The position numbers were made by a program, and so were the translations under genes. Under the pieces are notes generated by a model. The model ran no database searches. It was not told the origin of the DNA and saw only the letters and a program-made list of their open reading frames with translations. 57,897 nt of DNA. It comes from Promethearchaeia archaeon (GTDB taxonomy: Archaea; Asgardarchaeota; Lokiarchaeia; Sigyniarchaeales; SOKP01). Shown here piece after piece: positions 28,624-35,955 of the stretch. Location: NCBI GenBank assembly GCA_029856085.1, contig JAHQWI010000034.1, positions 1 to 57,897 of the forward strand. Reading direction: 5' to 3'. Positions within the stretch are counted from its first letter, which is position 1. Each line of letters opens with the position of its first letter.

Positions 28624-29769
28624 TTAAACCTCCTTCATCAACTTCTCATAAATAAATTTAGGACTAAAAGGAATGGTAGTAGGAATTGTAATACCAGAAA
28701 CAGAAAATAAATGTCGAAATCTCTGGACTTCCCTAATCATCATTCCATTGTTCATTTCACAAACGATAACCTTTGAAGCCCCCATTTGTCCAATTCTTTC
28801 CATTAATTCATCAGGGAAGGGCCATAGACTTTTTAATCGTACAAGTCCCACCTTATATCCTTTTTGGCGTGCTTGCTCAACGGCTTCTGGTACGCCTCTT
28901 GCATTAATTCCATAGGCCAAGATAACGATATCAGCATCGTCTAAATGTTTTTCCTCCCAATCATTAATTTGAGGTCTTGCTCTCCTAATTTTTTCACAAA
29001 GCCGTTTAATGAGAACTTCTGCCGCTTCTGGTGTCATTTCTGGATTACCCTCTATATCATGAGTTAAACCTGAAACATAAAAAGAATAGTCCGTTCCTGC
29101 TATTGCCATTCCAGGCACAAGATCATCATCAAAAGCTTCAAAAGGTTTATATTCCTCAGGTGGAACTTGAGGTTTTTTACGCTCTACCAATTCAATATTT
29201 GAATGTATATTAACAACTTCCATCATTTGTCCTAAAATTCCGTCTGAAGCGACAATTACAGGTATACGATATTTCTCAGATAAATTAAATGCTTGTATGG
29301 TAAAATCGTACATTTCTTGAACAGTAGATGGGGCTAATACAATTATTTCATAATCTCCATGAGAAGCATATCTTGTTTGATATACATCAGATTGAGATGC
29401 ATTTGTAGGTTGTCCTGTACTAGGACCTCCTCTCATTATTGTGACGATAACTGCTGGTGCTTCTAACATCATTCCTAAACCTATACTTTCAGCCATAAGT
29501 GAAAGGCCTGGTCCTGAAGTTGCAGTCATAGCTTTCTTTCCAGCATAAGAAGCACCAAAACAACTTGTGATTGAAGCCAGCTCATCTTCCATTTGAACAA
29601 ATGTTCCATTAACTTGAGGAAGACGTCTTGACATGTAAGCAGCAATTTCTGAGGATGGTGTGATAGGATAACCCGCAAAATATAAACATCCTGCCGTAAT
29701 CGCACCTTCTGCACATGCAGAATTTCCAGTAGTTAGTATTCTTTTTTCTTGGAAGTTTGCATTACTCAT
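28624..29769 (-). CDS. 2-oxoacid:ferredoxin oxidoreductase alpha subunit
   Basis: GNSACAEGAI..AGYPITPSSEI...EDELASI...GASYAGKKAMTATSGPG blocks. Sits 3 nt from the beta gene. Confidence 0.9.
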   Translation of the reverse strand: MSNANFQEKRILTTGNSACAEGAITAGCLYFAGYPITPSSEIAAYMSRRLPQVNGTFVQMEDELASITSCFGASYAGKKAMTATSGPGLSLMAESIGLGMMLEAPAVIVTIMRGGPSTGQPTNASQSDVYQTRYASHGDYEIIVLAPSTVQEMYDFTIQAFNLSEKYRIPVIVASDGILGQMMEVVNIHSNIELVERKKPQVPPEEYKPFEAFDDDLVPGMAIAGTDYSFYVSGLTHDIEGNPEMTPEAAEVLIKRLCEKIRRARPQINDWEEKHLDDADIVILAYGINARGVPEAVEQARQKGYKVGLVRLKSLWPFPDELMERIGQMGASKVIVCEMNNGMMIREVQRFRHLFSVSGITIPTTIPFSPKFIYEKLMKEV

Positions 29770-30049
29770 TGTTTATAACCTCCTTAATATCTGTTTCCAA
29801 AATATATAATGAAACTGTAGGACATACTCGTTCACATTGTCCGCATCCTGCACACTCTTCAGGTTTAACCACGATGGCATAGTGGAGCATGCGACTATTG
29901 AACTTATCTTCACTTATTTCTATTAAATCTTTTGGACAGAATGACAAACATAATTCACAGCCATCGCATTGTTCAGAATCTATTACTATTTCATATTTTT
30001 TCTCGGGGGAAGGAGGTGGCAAAATGGGAGTTCGTTTAGATTTTAACAT
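29762..30049 (-). CDS. 2-oxoacid:ferredoxin oxidoreductase delta subunit (2x[4Fe-4S] ferredoxin)
   Basis: CDGCELCLSFCP and CAGCGQCERVCP. Overlaps the alpha gene by 8 nt. Confidence 0.85.
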   Translation of the reverse strand: MLKSKRTPILPPPSPEKKYEIVIDSEQCDGCELCLSFCPKDLIEISEDKFNSRMLHYAIVVKPEECAGCGQCERVCPTVSLYILETDIKEVINNE

Positions 30050-30206
30050 TTTTTTAACCTCTATTATACATTCTGACTATATTTTTTTCTCTTATTCTTA
30101 AAAATAGTAGGTTCTCTTTTAAATTTGCTTTTTAAAAGTATAAGCAACTCATTAAAAAGTGTACTATTCTTAATAAACAGCTCTGTTGAGAATTAGTACA
30201 TACATC

Positions 30207-30773
30207 TTATTGAGATTTATTTATAAATTCTTGATAAAGTGCTTGACCAAGTTGATAACTATGAATATTCACATCTCTAAACCGTTTTGGCATATTATTC
30301 AAGACGTGGTCATAATATTCTTCTTTTAGATCTATTTTTCCATTTTCTTGAAGATATTTAGAAAGGAATCCTAAACAGAGAATATTCGCGCTCTTTGGTA
30401 ATTTATTTTCATCAGCTCGTCTTGTAATTGGAACACGGTGAATTTTCCCTTCCTGAATGATTTCTTCGGCGTTTGAAATTGTATGCTCATCGATAAAAGA
30501 AAAAGTTTTTTCATATATACATTCAGCTGCTCGTTCGAATCCTTTTTGATCTATTGCAATAAAAATATCAGCATCTTTATCGCAGAATGGATATGAAATA
30601 GGATCAGAACCTAAAATAACATCACAGAAAATAGGACCCCCCCTAACAGATGGTGTATAGTCAACGGTGAGTGTTGCATAATAATCAGCAACCATTGCAA
30701 CCCGGACTAATGCACTTCCTAGTGTTTTTATCCCCTGACCACCGCGACCTGAAAATCGTATTTTTAATTTCAT
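30207..30773 (-). CDS. 2-oxoacid:ferredoxin oxidoreductase gamma subunit
   Basis: RFSGRGGQGIKTLG is the N-terminal gamma-subunit signature. 188 aa. Confidence 0.85.
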   Translation of the reverse strand: MKLKIRFSGRGGQGIKTLGSALVRVAMVADYYATLTVDYTPSVRGGPIFCDVILGSDPISYPFCDKDADIFIAIDQKGFERAAECIYEKTFSFIDEHTISNAEEIIQEGKIHRVPITRRADENKLPKSANILCLGFLSKYLQENGKIDLKEEYYDHVLNNMPKRFRDVNIHSYQLGQALYQEFINKSQ

Positions 30774-30896
30774 AGATATCTCTAATAATAGATGTAGCTT
30801 AAATTTTCTTATGATTAATAATTATAAGTAAGTTAACTAACCATTACATAAATAATTAAATAGAAAAAGACAAAAAATAATATAACTATTATGGTT

Positions 30897-32588
30897 TTAA
30901 AATATCTGAGGAGACTGATATTCCCCAAATACATCTCGTAGGACATCACAAATTTCTTGTACAGTGGCGTAAGTTTTAACTGTCTCAATCATAATCGGCA
31001 TAATATTTTTAGAAGAATTAGCAACTTCTTTTAATTGATTTAATTTTTCTTTAACAAGGTTTTCATTTCGGTGTTCCTTTAAATCTCTTAGAGCTTCTTT
31101 GATTCTTCTTTCAGACTCCTTATCATATTTGAAGGTATCTATTTTATATTCGTCATCAGTGCAAAAAATGTTTACTCCGACGACTTTTTTACTCCCATCA
31201 TCAATACGCTTTTGTATCATATAAGCATTATTTAGAATCTCTTTTTGAATGAAAGCATTTTCAATGGCAACAGGCATACCACCCATTTTATCTATTTTAT
31301 CAATATATTCCAATGCCTTTTCTTCTAATTTATTTGTCAAATGTTCAAGATAATAAGATCCACCTAATGGATCAACAACATCCGTAACTCCAGTTTCATA
31401 TGCAAGCACTTGTTGTGTTCGTAATGAAAGTCTAGCTGAGTCTTCAGTAGGAAGAGCTAAAGCCTCATCAGCTCCACAGGTATGAAGAGACTGAGTCCCT
31501 CCTAATATAGCTGCTAAAGATTGAACAGTAGCTCTAATAATATTAACTTGAGGTTGCTGGGCAGTCAATGTGCTCCCACAAGTATGAATGTGAAACCTTA
31601 GCCTTAAAGAGTTAGGATCTTTAGCATTAAACCTATCCCTCATAAGTTTTGCCCATAATCTTCTTGCCGCTCTTAATTTTGCGATCTCCTCAAAAAAATT
31701 ATTATGAACCGTGAAGAAGAAAGATAATCTTGGAGCAAAATCATCAATATCAACACCTCTTTCGAGAACCTCTTCAACATATGAAATACCATCAGCTAAA
31801 GTAAACGCTAATTCATGAACGGCATTACTCCCCGCATCACGCATGTGGTAACCGCATATACTGATTGCATTAAACCTTGGCAAATATTTAGAACAATATT
31901 CAATTACATCTGCAGTTAATCTTAAGGATGGTTTGGGGGGATAGATGTATGCTCCTCTTGCCACATATTCTTTCAAAATATCATTTTGAAGTGTACCGGT
32001 TAATTGTTCTTGTTTAACACCATGTTTTTCTCCTATCGCGATATACATCGCTAATATTATTGATGTTGGTGCGTTTATCGTCATACTAGTTGAAACCTTA
32101 TCTAAGGCTATATCCTGAAAAACTTTTTCGAAATCTTTTAATGAATTAACAGTGACACCAATTCGTCCAACTTCACCTAAACAAATCTTATTATCTGAAT
32201 TATACCCCATTTGAGTAGGAAGATCAAAAGCTATTGAAAGACCTTTTTGACCTTGAGATATTAGATACTTGAATCGCTCATTAGTTTTACTCGCATCAGC
32301 AAAACCACTATACTGTCTCATACTCCAAATCCTTCCTCTATACATATTTGGATACACCCCCCTAGTGAAAGGTGGTGCCCCTGGGAATCCGAGATCCTCT
32401 AGATAATCAGTATTTTCAATATCCTCTGGTCCATACACATGTTTTAGAGGAATTCCTGAAGGTGTTTCAAATTTTTGCTCTCGCTCTCCTTTTTGAACAA
32501 AATTTGATAGATTTTCTTCTTCCCATTCAGACCTTTTGCTTTTAATTTTCTGAAGTTCTTCATTTGTAAACATTATTTTTTTCACCAT
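30897..32588 (-). CDS. Methylmalonyl-CoA mutase family, large (substrate-binding) subunit
   Basis: PFTRGVYPNMYRGRIWSMRQYSGFADASKTNERFKYLISQGQKGLSIAFDLPTQMGYNSD is near-canonical for acyl-CoA mutases. The ORF has no B12-binding domain. Confidence 0.9.
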   Translation of the reverse strand: MVKKIMFTNEELQKIKSKRSEWEEENLSNFVQKGEREQKFETPSGIPLKHVYGPEDIENTDYLEDLGFPGAPPFTRGVYPNMYRGRIWSMRQYSGFADASKTNERFKYLISQGQKGLSIAFDLPTQMGYNSDNKICLGEVGRIGVTVNSLKDFEKVFQDIALDKVSTSMTINAPTSIILAMYIAIGEKHGVKQEQLTGTLQNDILKEYVARGAYIYPPKPSLRLTADVIEYCSKYLPRFNAISICGYHMRDAGSNAVHELAFTLADGISYVEEVLERGVDIDDFAPRLSFFFTVHNNFFEEIAKLRAARRLWAKLMRDRFNAKDPNSLRLRFHIHTCGSTLTAQQPQVNIIRATVQSLAAILGGTQSLHTCGADEALALPTEDSARLSLRTQQVLAYETGVTDVVDPLGGSYYLEHLTNKLEEKALEYIDKIDKMGGMPVAIENAFIQKEILNNAYMIQKRIDDGSKKVVGVNIFCTDDEYKIDTFKYDKESERRIKEALRDLKEHRNENLVKEKLNQLKEVANSSKNIMPIMIETVKTYATVQEICDVLRDVFGEYQSPQIF

Positions 32589-32593
32589 AAATT

Positions 32594-32950
32594 TTATAAA
32601 TTTGGTTCGAATACATAATTGTATATTTCTTTTCCATCTAAATTATCGCAAATTTTAGTGTATATAGGTTTTAATTCCATTCCAGTTTTTAAATTATCTT
32701 GTGTTGATATTTGCCCAAGTGCTTTTACTCCATTTTCAAATTCAACAAGTCCTAGCGCATATGAAGGATTTTTCCTAAATTCAGCAGGAGGTGCTTTTAA
32801 GATAGTAAAAGTAAGAAGCTTGCATGTTCCTGAAGCGTCTATGCTTTCAAATTTACTATTTTTACATTTTAAACATCTTAAATGAGATTTATATTGTATA
32901 TATCCACATTTTTTGCATTTTATCCAGTGATATTTTTCTTCTCTTTCCAT
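32594..32950 (-). CDS. Zn-ribbon / OB-fold protein (DUF35 family)
   Basis: Rubredoxin-like CKKCGY...CLKCKN followed by an OB-like segment (GTCKLLTFTIL...ALGLVEFENGVKALGQI). Ends 5 nt upstream of the mutase gene. Confidence 0.7.
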   Translation of the reverse strand: MEREEKYHWIKCKKCGYIQYKSHLRCLKCKNSKFESIDASGTCKLLTFTILKAPPAEFRKNPSYALGLVEFENGVKALGQISTQDNLKTGMELKPIYTKICDNLDGKEIYNYVFEPNL

Positions 32951-33090
32951 TGTTTCTCATCTTCTCGAACAATAATTATTCTAAAATGCTTATTAGTATT
33001 AAAATAAACTCAATAATATTTATTTCGAGATAATTGAGTTGAATTATCAATAATTATCTAAGCTCAGTAAATCTTTTTTTGAATGATAAT

Positions 33091-33654
33091 TCAATCTTGT
33101 AACTCTACAGATAATGTTTTAAACTTGTTATATAACTCATCAATTATCATATTAAATGCTGTAATTACACCCTTCCCTGTTTTTGCTGATGTTATATAAT
33201 ACCCAAGAAAATTATTTTCTTTAACTATTTCTTTAATATCTGAATCGTCTAAGTTATCCTCGTCTACTAGATCAACCTTATTTGCAAATACAACTATCGG
33301 AATATCTCCACAATGTTTTATAATGTCTTCGTGCCAATCTAATAAATGCTTAAAACTCTCTTCACCAAGTTTATTATCCTCAAGACTATATACAATAATA
33401 GCAGCTTTGCTGTTCTTAAAGAAAGAAGGACGTAAAAAGTGGAAGGTATCCTGCCCAGCAATATCCCAAAATAATAATCTGATTTTATCTCCTTCTAATT
33501 CTTTATTGTACACCGAGAATTGTGCACCTATTGTCTTAACATAATCCCGCTTAAATGATCCTTGAGTGAACTTCTTAATAAGCGAAGTTTTTCCCACTCT
33601 CCCGTCACCGATCAGCGTAACCTTAAAACGGAACCTACGCCCTTCATCACTCAT
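33091..33654 (-). CDS. Ras/Rab-like small GTPase (cassette copy A)
   Basis: G1 GDGRVGKTS, switch-I TIGAQF, G3 WDIAGQD, G4 ANKVD, G5 TSAK. Clearly paralogous to 38515..39054. Confidence 0.9.
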   Translation of the reverse strand: MSDEGRRFRFKVTLIGDGRVGKTSLIKKFTQGSFKRDYVKTIGAQFSVYNKELEGDKIRLLFWDIAGQDTFHFLRPSFFKNSKAAIIVYSLEDNKLGEESFKHLLDWHEDIIKHCGDIPIVVFANKVDLVDEDNLDDSDIKEIVKENNFLGYYITSAKTGKGVITAFNMIIDELYNKFKTLSVELQD

Positions 33655-33825
33655 AGAATTTTTAGAAGAAATAAAATAAGTATATATTCTTTTTAAAAAA
33701 TGTAATTAAACTAAGATCAGTTATTTTTTAATATAAAATTTTTGTTTCTGCTTAAAAGTAATCGAAAAATGTACGAAATTGAAAAAATGTATGAATAATT
33801 TGAAATTAAAAAAAAAGTTTGAATT

Positions 33826-33921
33826 TTATTTAAGATCTTTTAATCCAAATTTATATTTTTCTGGATTTAAAAGAAAATTTCCCATCGAATATTTCCACTT
33901 ATCCTTTTTTTGTTCTTTCAT
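33826..33921 (-). CDS. Conserved micropeptide sA (31 aa: MKEQKKDKWKYSMGNFLLNPEKYKFGLKDLK)
   Basis: Not in the track because it is too short. GAGGT lies about 10 nt upstream of the ATG. A paralogue sits at 39283..39375 in the same position relative to GTPase B. Differences between the two are mostly conservative (S/T, M/I, N/D, E/K, Y/F) plus one synonymous change (TTA/TTG). Confidence 0.55.
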   Translation of the reverse strand: MKEQKKDKWKYSMGNFLLNPEKYKFGLKDLK

Positions 33922-33976
33922 TTTTTGACAACCTCTATTAAATTTTTTTTTATTTTGAGAAATTTGAAAAAATTAA

Positions 33977-34069
33977 TCATTTTATTATACGATTAGTGAG
34001 CTCCCTATGCTCTTCCAAATCGTTCTTTATCTTAAACCTTTCAAATCTCTCCAATTTTTTGTTTTTCAT
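33977..34069 (-). CDS. Possible small ORF (30 aa: MKNKKLERFERFKIKNDLEEHRELTNRIIK)
   Basis: ATG preceded by GGGAGGGCG and an AT-rich TATA-like stretch plus a CTCCATTT element. No paralogue in the second cassette. Confidence 0.3.
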   Translation of the reverse strand: MKNKKLERFERFKIKNDLEEHRELTNRIIK

Positions 34070-34107
34070 TCTTTTTCGCCCTCCCTTTATTTAAATATAT
34101 ATCAAAT

Positions 34108-34134
34108 GGAGGGGGATAATAAAGGTCCCCCTCC
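34108..34134. other. GC-rich hairpin: 9-bp perfect stem GGAGGGGGA / TCCCCCTCC with a 9-nt loop
   Basis: Read directly at 34108-34116 and 34126-34134. It is flanked by the direct repeat CCCTGATTTTA x2 (about 34135-34161). It lies between the 84-aa gene stop and the sORF promoter region and is very atypical for this AT-rich sequence. Confidence 0.5.
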
Positions 34135-34214
34135 CCCTGATTTTATTTCTCCCTGATTTTACTACTTCGGCTTGTCGGATGAATTAAATCAGCGTTATGA
34201 TGATAGAATGTTTT

Positions 34215-34469
34215 TTAGAAATTTCCATAGTTCCTGTAGTGAATATTTCTTCTGATCTTATCCACAGGAATTTTCTCTTCTAAATACTTAGCATTATATT
34301 TAGCTTTCTTCAATAATTTTAATAAAGCATTTTTAACTGGTTTCTCCTCTGCTTTTACTCTCACTATCGTATAATCTTCCTCAATAGCAGGGAGCTCTTC
34401 TAAAATAATTACATGTTCTATTTCAAAAGGTTCCTCAAATTCCTTTCTCTTAACTAATACTTGAACCAT
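34215..34469 (-). CDS. Hypothetical small protein (84 aa)
   Basis: ORF preceded by GAGGTGGTGG a few nt upstream of the ATG. No motif recognised. Confidence 0.55.
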   Translation of the reverse strand: MVQVLVKRKEFEEPFEIEHVIILEELPAIEEDYTIVRVKAEEKPVKNALLKLLKKAKYNAKYLEEKIPVDKIRRNIHYRNYGNF

Positions 34470-34504
34470 TTATTCCACCACCTCTCAATTCTTATTTTTG
34501 TAAA

Positions 34505-34762
34505 TTAATAAACCCTAAAAATATCGAATTTGGAACTAAAAATAATATCTGACGTATATGGCTTTTGTAATGCTTCTTTTAAGGGAATTCCTTCTTCAAA
34601 GTATCTAGGATTTAAGTTCTTATATAGATCATTTTGTTTTTTAGCTTCATCAATATCTTTTTGCTCTGATTTTGAAGTTTCTTTCAACAGAATTATATAT
34701 AGATCTTCAAGTTCGAAAAGGGAATCTTCCTTTACTGTGACTTGTTTCATTTTATTTTTCAC
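34505..34762 (-). CDS. Small protein (85 aa), paralogue of 35485..35712
   Basis: The C-terminal half NLNPRYFEEGIPLKEALQKPYTSDIIFSSKFDIFRVY aligns with DLNPRYFEETTHFKEAIERVYTSDINVGSKFNFFSVF in the 75-aa ORF. GTG at 34762 or ATG at 34750 could be the start. Confidence 0.65.
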   Translation of the reverse strand: MKNKMKQVTVKEDSLFELEDLYIILLKETSKSEQKDIDEAKKQNDLYKNLNPRYFEEGIPLKEALQKPYTSDIIFSSKFDIFRVY

Positions 34763-34799
34763 ACTCTCATATTTTTTCTCATAAGTTTAGTTAGAGCAA

Positions 34800-34857
34800 G
34801 GTTTAATTTATAGTTTAACGTTGCGAAGTTTAAATGGAGTTTAAGACTTGTTTTAGA
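34800..34857 (-). promoter_or_regulatory. Conserved upstream block U1 (TATA-like element plus ACTCCATT motif) for the 85-aa gene
   Basis: 44/58 identical, ungapped, to U2 (35747..35804). On the coding strand it reads ACTCCATTTAAAC...AAACTATAAATTAAACC, ending about 38 nt before the start codon. Confidence 0.5.
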
Positions 34858-34981
34858 CTCTCCTCATCTCTTCTTAAAATGTGTCTCTGTTTAATATAAG
34901 TTCATTCCTAAGAAGAAGTTATAGAGTTTATCACATTACTAGAATAGTTAAAAAAATCGTAAAGACTCAGCTCATCAGGTA

Positions 34982-35344
34982 TTAAAAATTTCTTGACCAA
35001 TATTCTTCGTAAGTTAAATTGTTCGGGATATCTCTGTTCCCCTTATAAATTCGAGGAACTGCTCTAGAATCTATTAAGATCCTGATGAATTTATAATTGG
35101 TTAAATGATCGAGAGCATCCTTAAATTGATAATAAGTCTTAAAATCTTGGATTTTTCCAGTGATATCTATTAAATCGTAATCATATAGAAATTGATCAAT
35201 ATTCGGAAATTGATCTTGAAGCCAATAGTCCTTACAATCTTCAATAATTTTTATAGCATATTGATAGTTACTAAAATGAGTTTTTGAGGAGAAATTTTTC
35301 ATAGTCGCATAAATGATAAAATAATTTGCTTTTAAGGATTTCAA
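34982..35344 (-). CDS. Hypothetical protein (120 aa; alternative start at 35302)
   Basis: ORF rich in Y, F and D. No motif recognised and no paralogue in the window. Confidence 0.5.
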   Translation of the reverse strand: MKSLKANYFIIYATMKNFSSKTHFSNYQYAIKIIEDCKDYWLQDQFPNIDQFLYDYDLIDITGKIQDFKTYYQFKDALDHLTNYKFIRILIDSRAVPRIYKGNRDIPNNLTYEEYWSRNF

Positions 35345-35484
35345 AAACAGAAAATTTTTATATGAAAATTAGTGAAACTGCGAAAATAAGATTAAAACTG
35401 AAAAAAAAAGCATAAATGAATCATTTAAAGTTGTAATAACAGATGAAACAGATAAAATAAGAATAAAAAAATTATTAAATAATT

Positions 35485-35712
35485 CTAAAAAACACTAAAG
35501 AAATTGAATTTAGAACCGACATTAATATCTGAGGTATAAACTCTTTCAATCGCCTCTTTAAAATGAGTAGTTTCCTCAAAATATCTTGGATTTAAATCTC
35601 CAAGTAATTCATCCATTTCACTTTCTATTGGTGTTTGAATTTCAGGTTCTTCAACTTCATGACTTTTCAATATTATTATTTTTTGATAAGTTTGGGTCAT
35701 CTTTTTTACCAC
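35485..35712 (-). CDS. Small protein (75 aa), paralogue of 34505..34762
   Basis: Shares the LNPRYFEE...KEA...YTSDI...SKF.F..V[FY] C-terminal module. GTG at 35712 or ATG at 35700 could be the start. Confidence 0.65.
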   Translation of the reverse strand: MVKKMTQTYQKIIILKSHEVEEPEIQTPIESEMDELLGDLNPRYFEETTHFKEAIERVYTSDINVGSKFNFFSVF

Positions 35713-35746
35713 TTTTTTATTTTATTATTAAGAATAATTAGAATAT

Positions 35747-35804
35747 GGTTTAATATATAGTTTAATCTCGTAAACTCTGAATGGAGTCTTAGATCTTTTT
35801 TAGA
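35747..35804 (-). promoter_or_regulatory. Conserved upstream block U2, in the divergent region between the 75-aa gene and the 840-aa wHTH-TPR gene
   Basis: The coding strand reads ACTCCATTCAGAG...AAACTATATATTAAACC. Same spacing to its gene as U1. Confidence 0.5.
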
Positions 35805-35955
35805 TAATATTTTTTTCTTCACACAATTACATTCATTTTCATCCATAAATAGTATTAATTTTAGAACTCTAATTAGAGTTTGAATCAAAAAGTATAAATA
35901 AACCCCTTCTATATATTAATTATAAGTATATTATCTATTGGTAAATGAATGAATT

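Noticed and set aside
32824-33033. 69-aa plus-strand ORF spanning the DUF35 gene start and the following spacer
   Set aside because: The translation is pure I/L/F/Y low complexity and is antisense to the DUF35 N-terminus. This is typical AT-rich noise.
34196-34252. Possible C/D-box sRNA (ATGATGA ... CTGA about 57 nt apart on the plus strand)
   Set aside because: The internal D'/C' boxes and 12-nt guide spacing do not fit. There is no terminal kink-turn pairing, and most of the segment overlaps the 3' end of the 84-aa CDS on the other strand.
35706-35888. 60-aa minus-strand ORF upstream of the 75-aa gene
   Set aside because: It covers the conserved U2 promoter block and overlaps the 75-aa gene start. 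It has no paralogous ORF at U1 and no SD-like element, so it is probably non-coding spacer.
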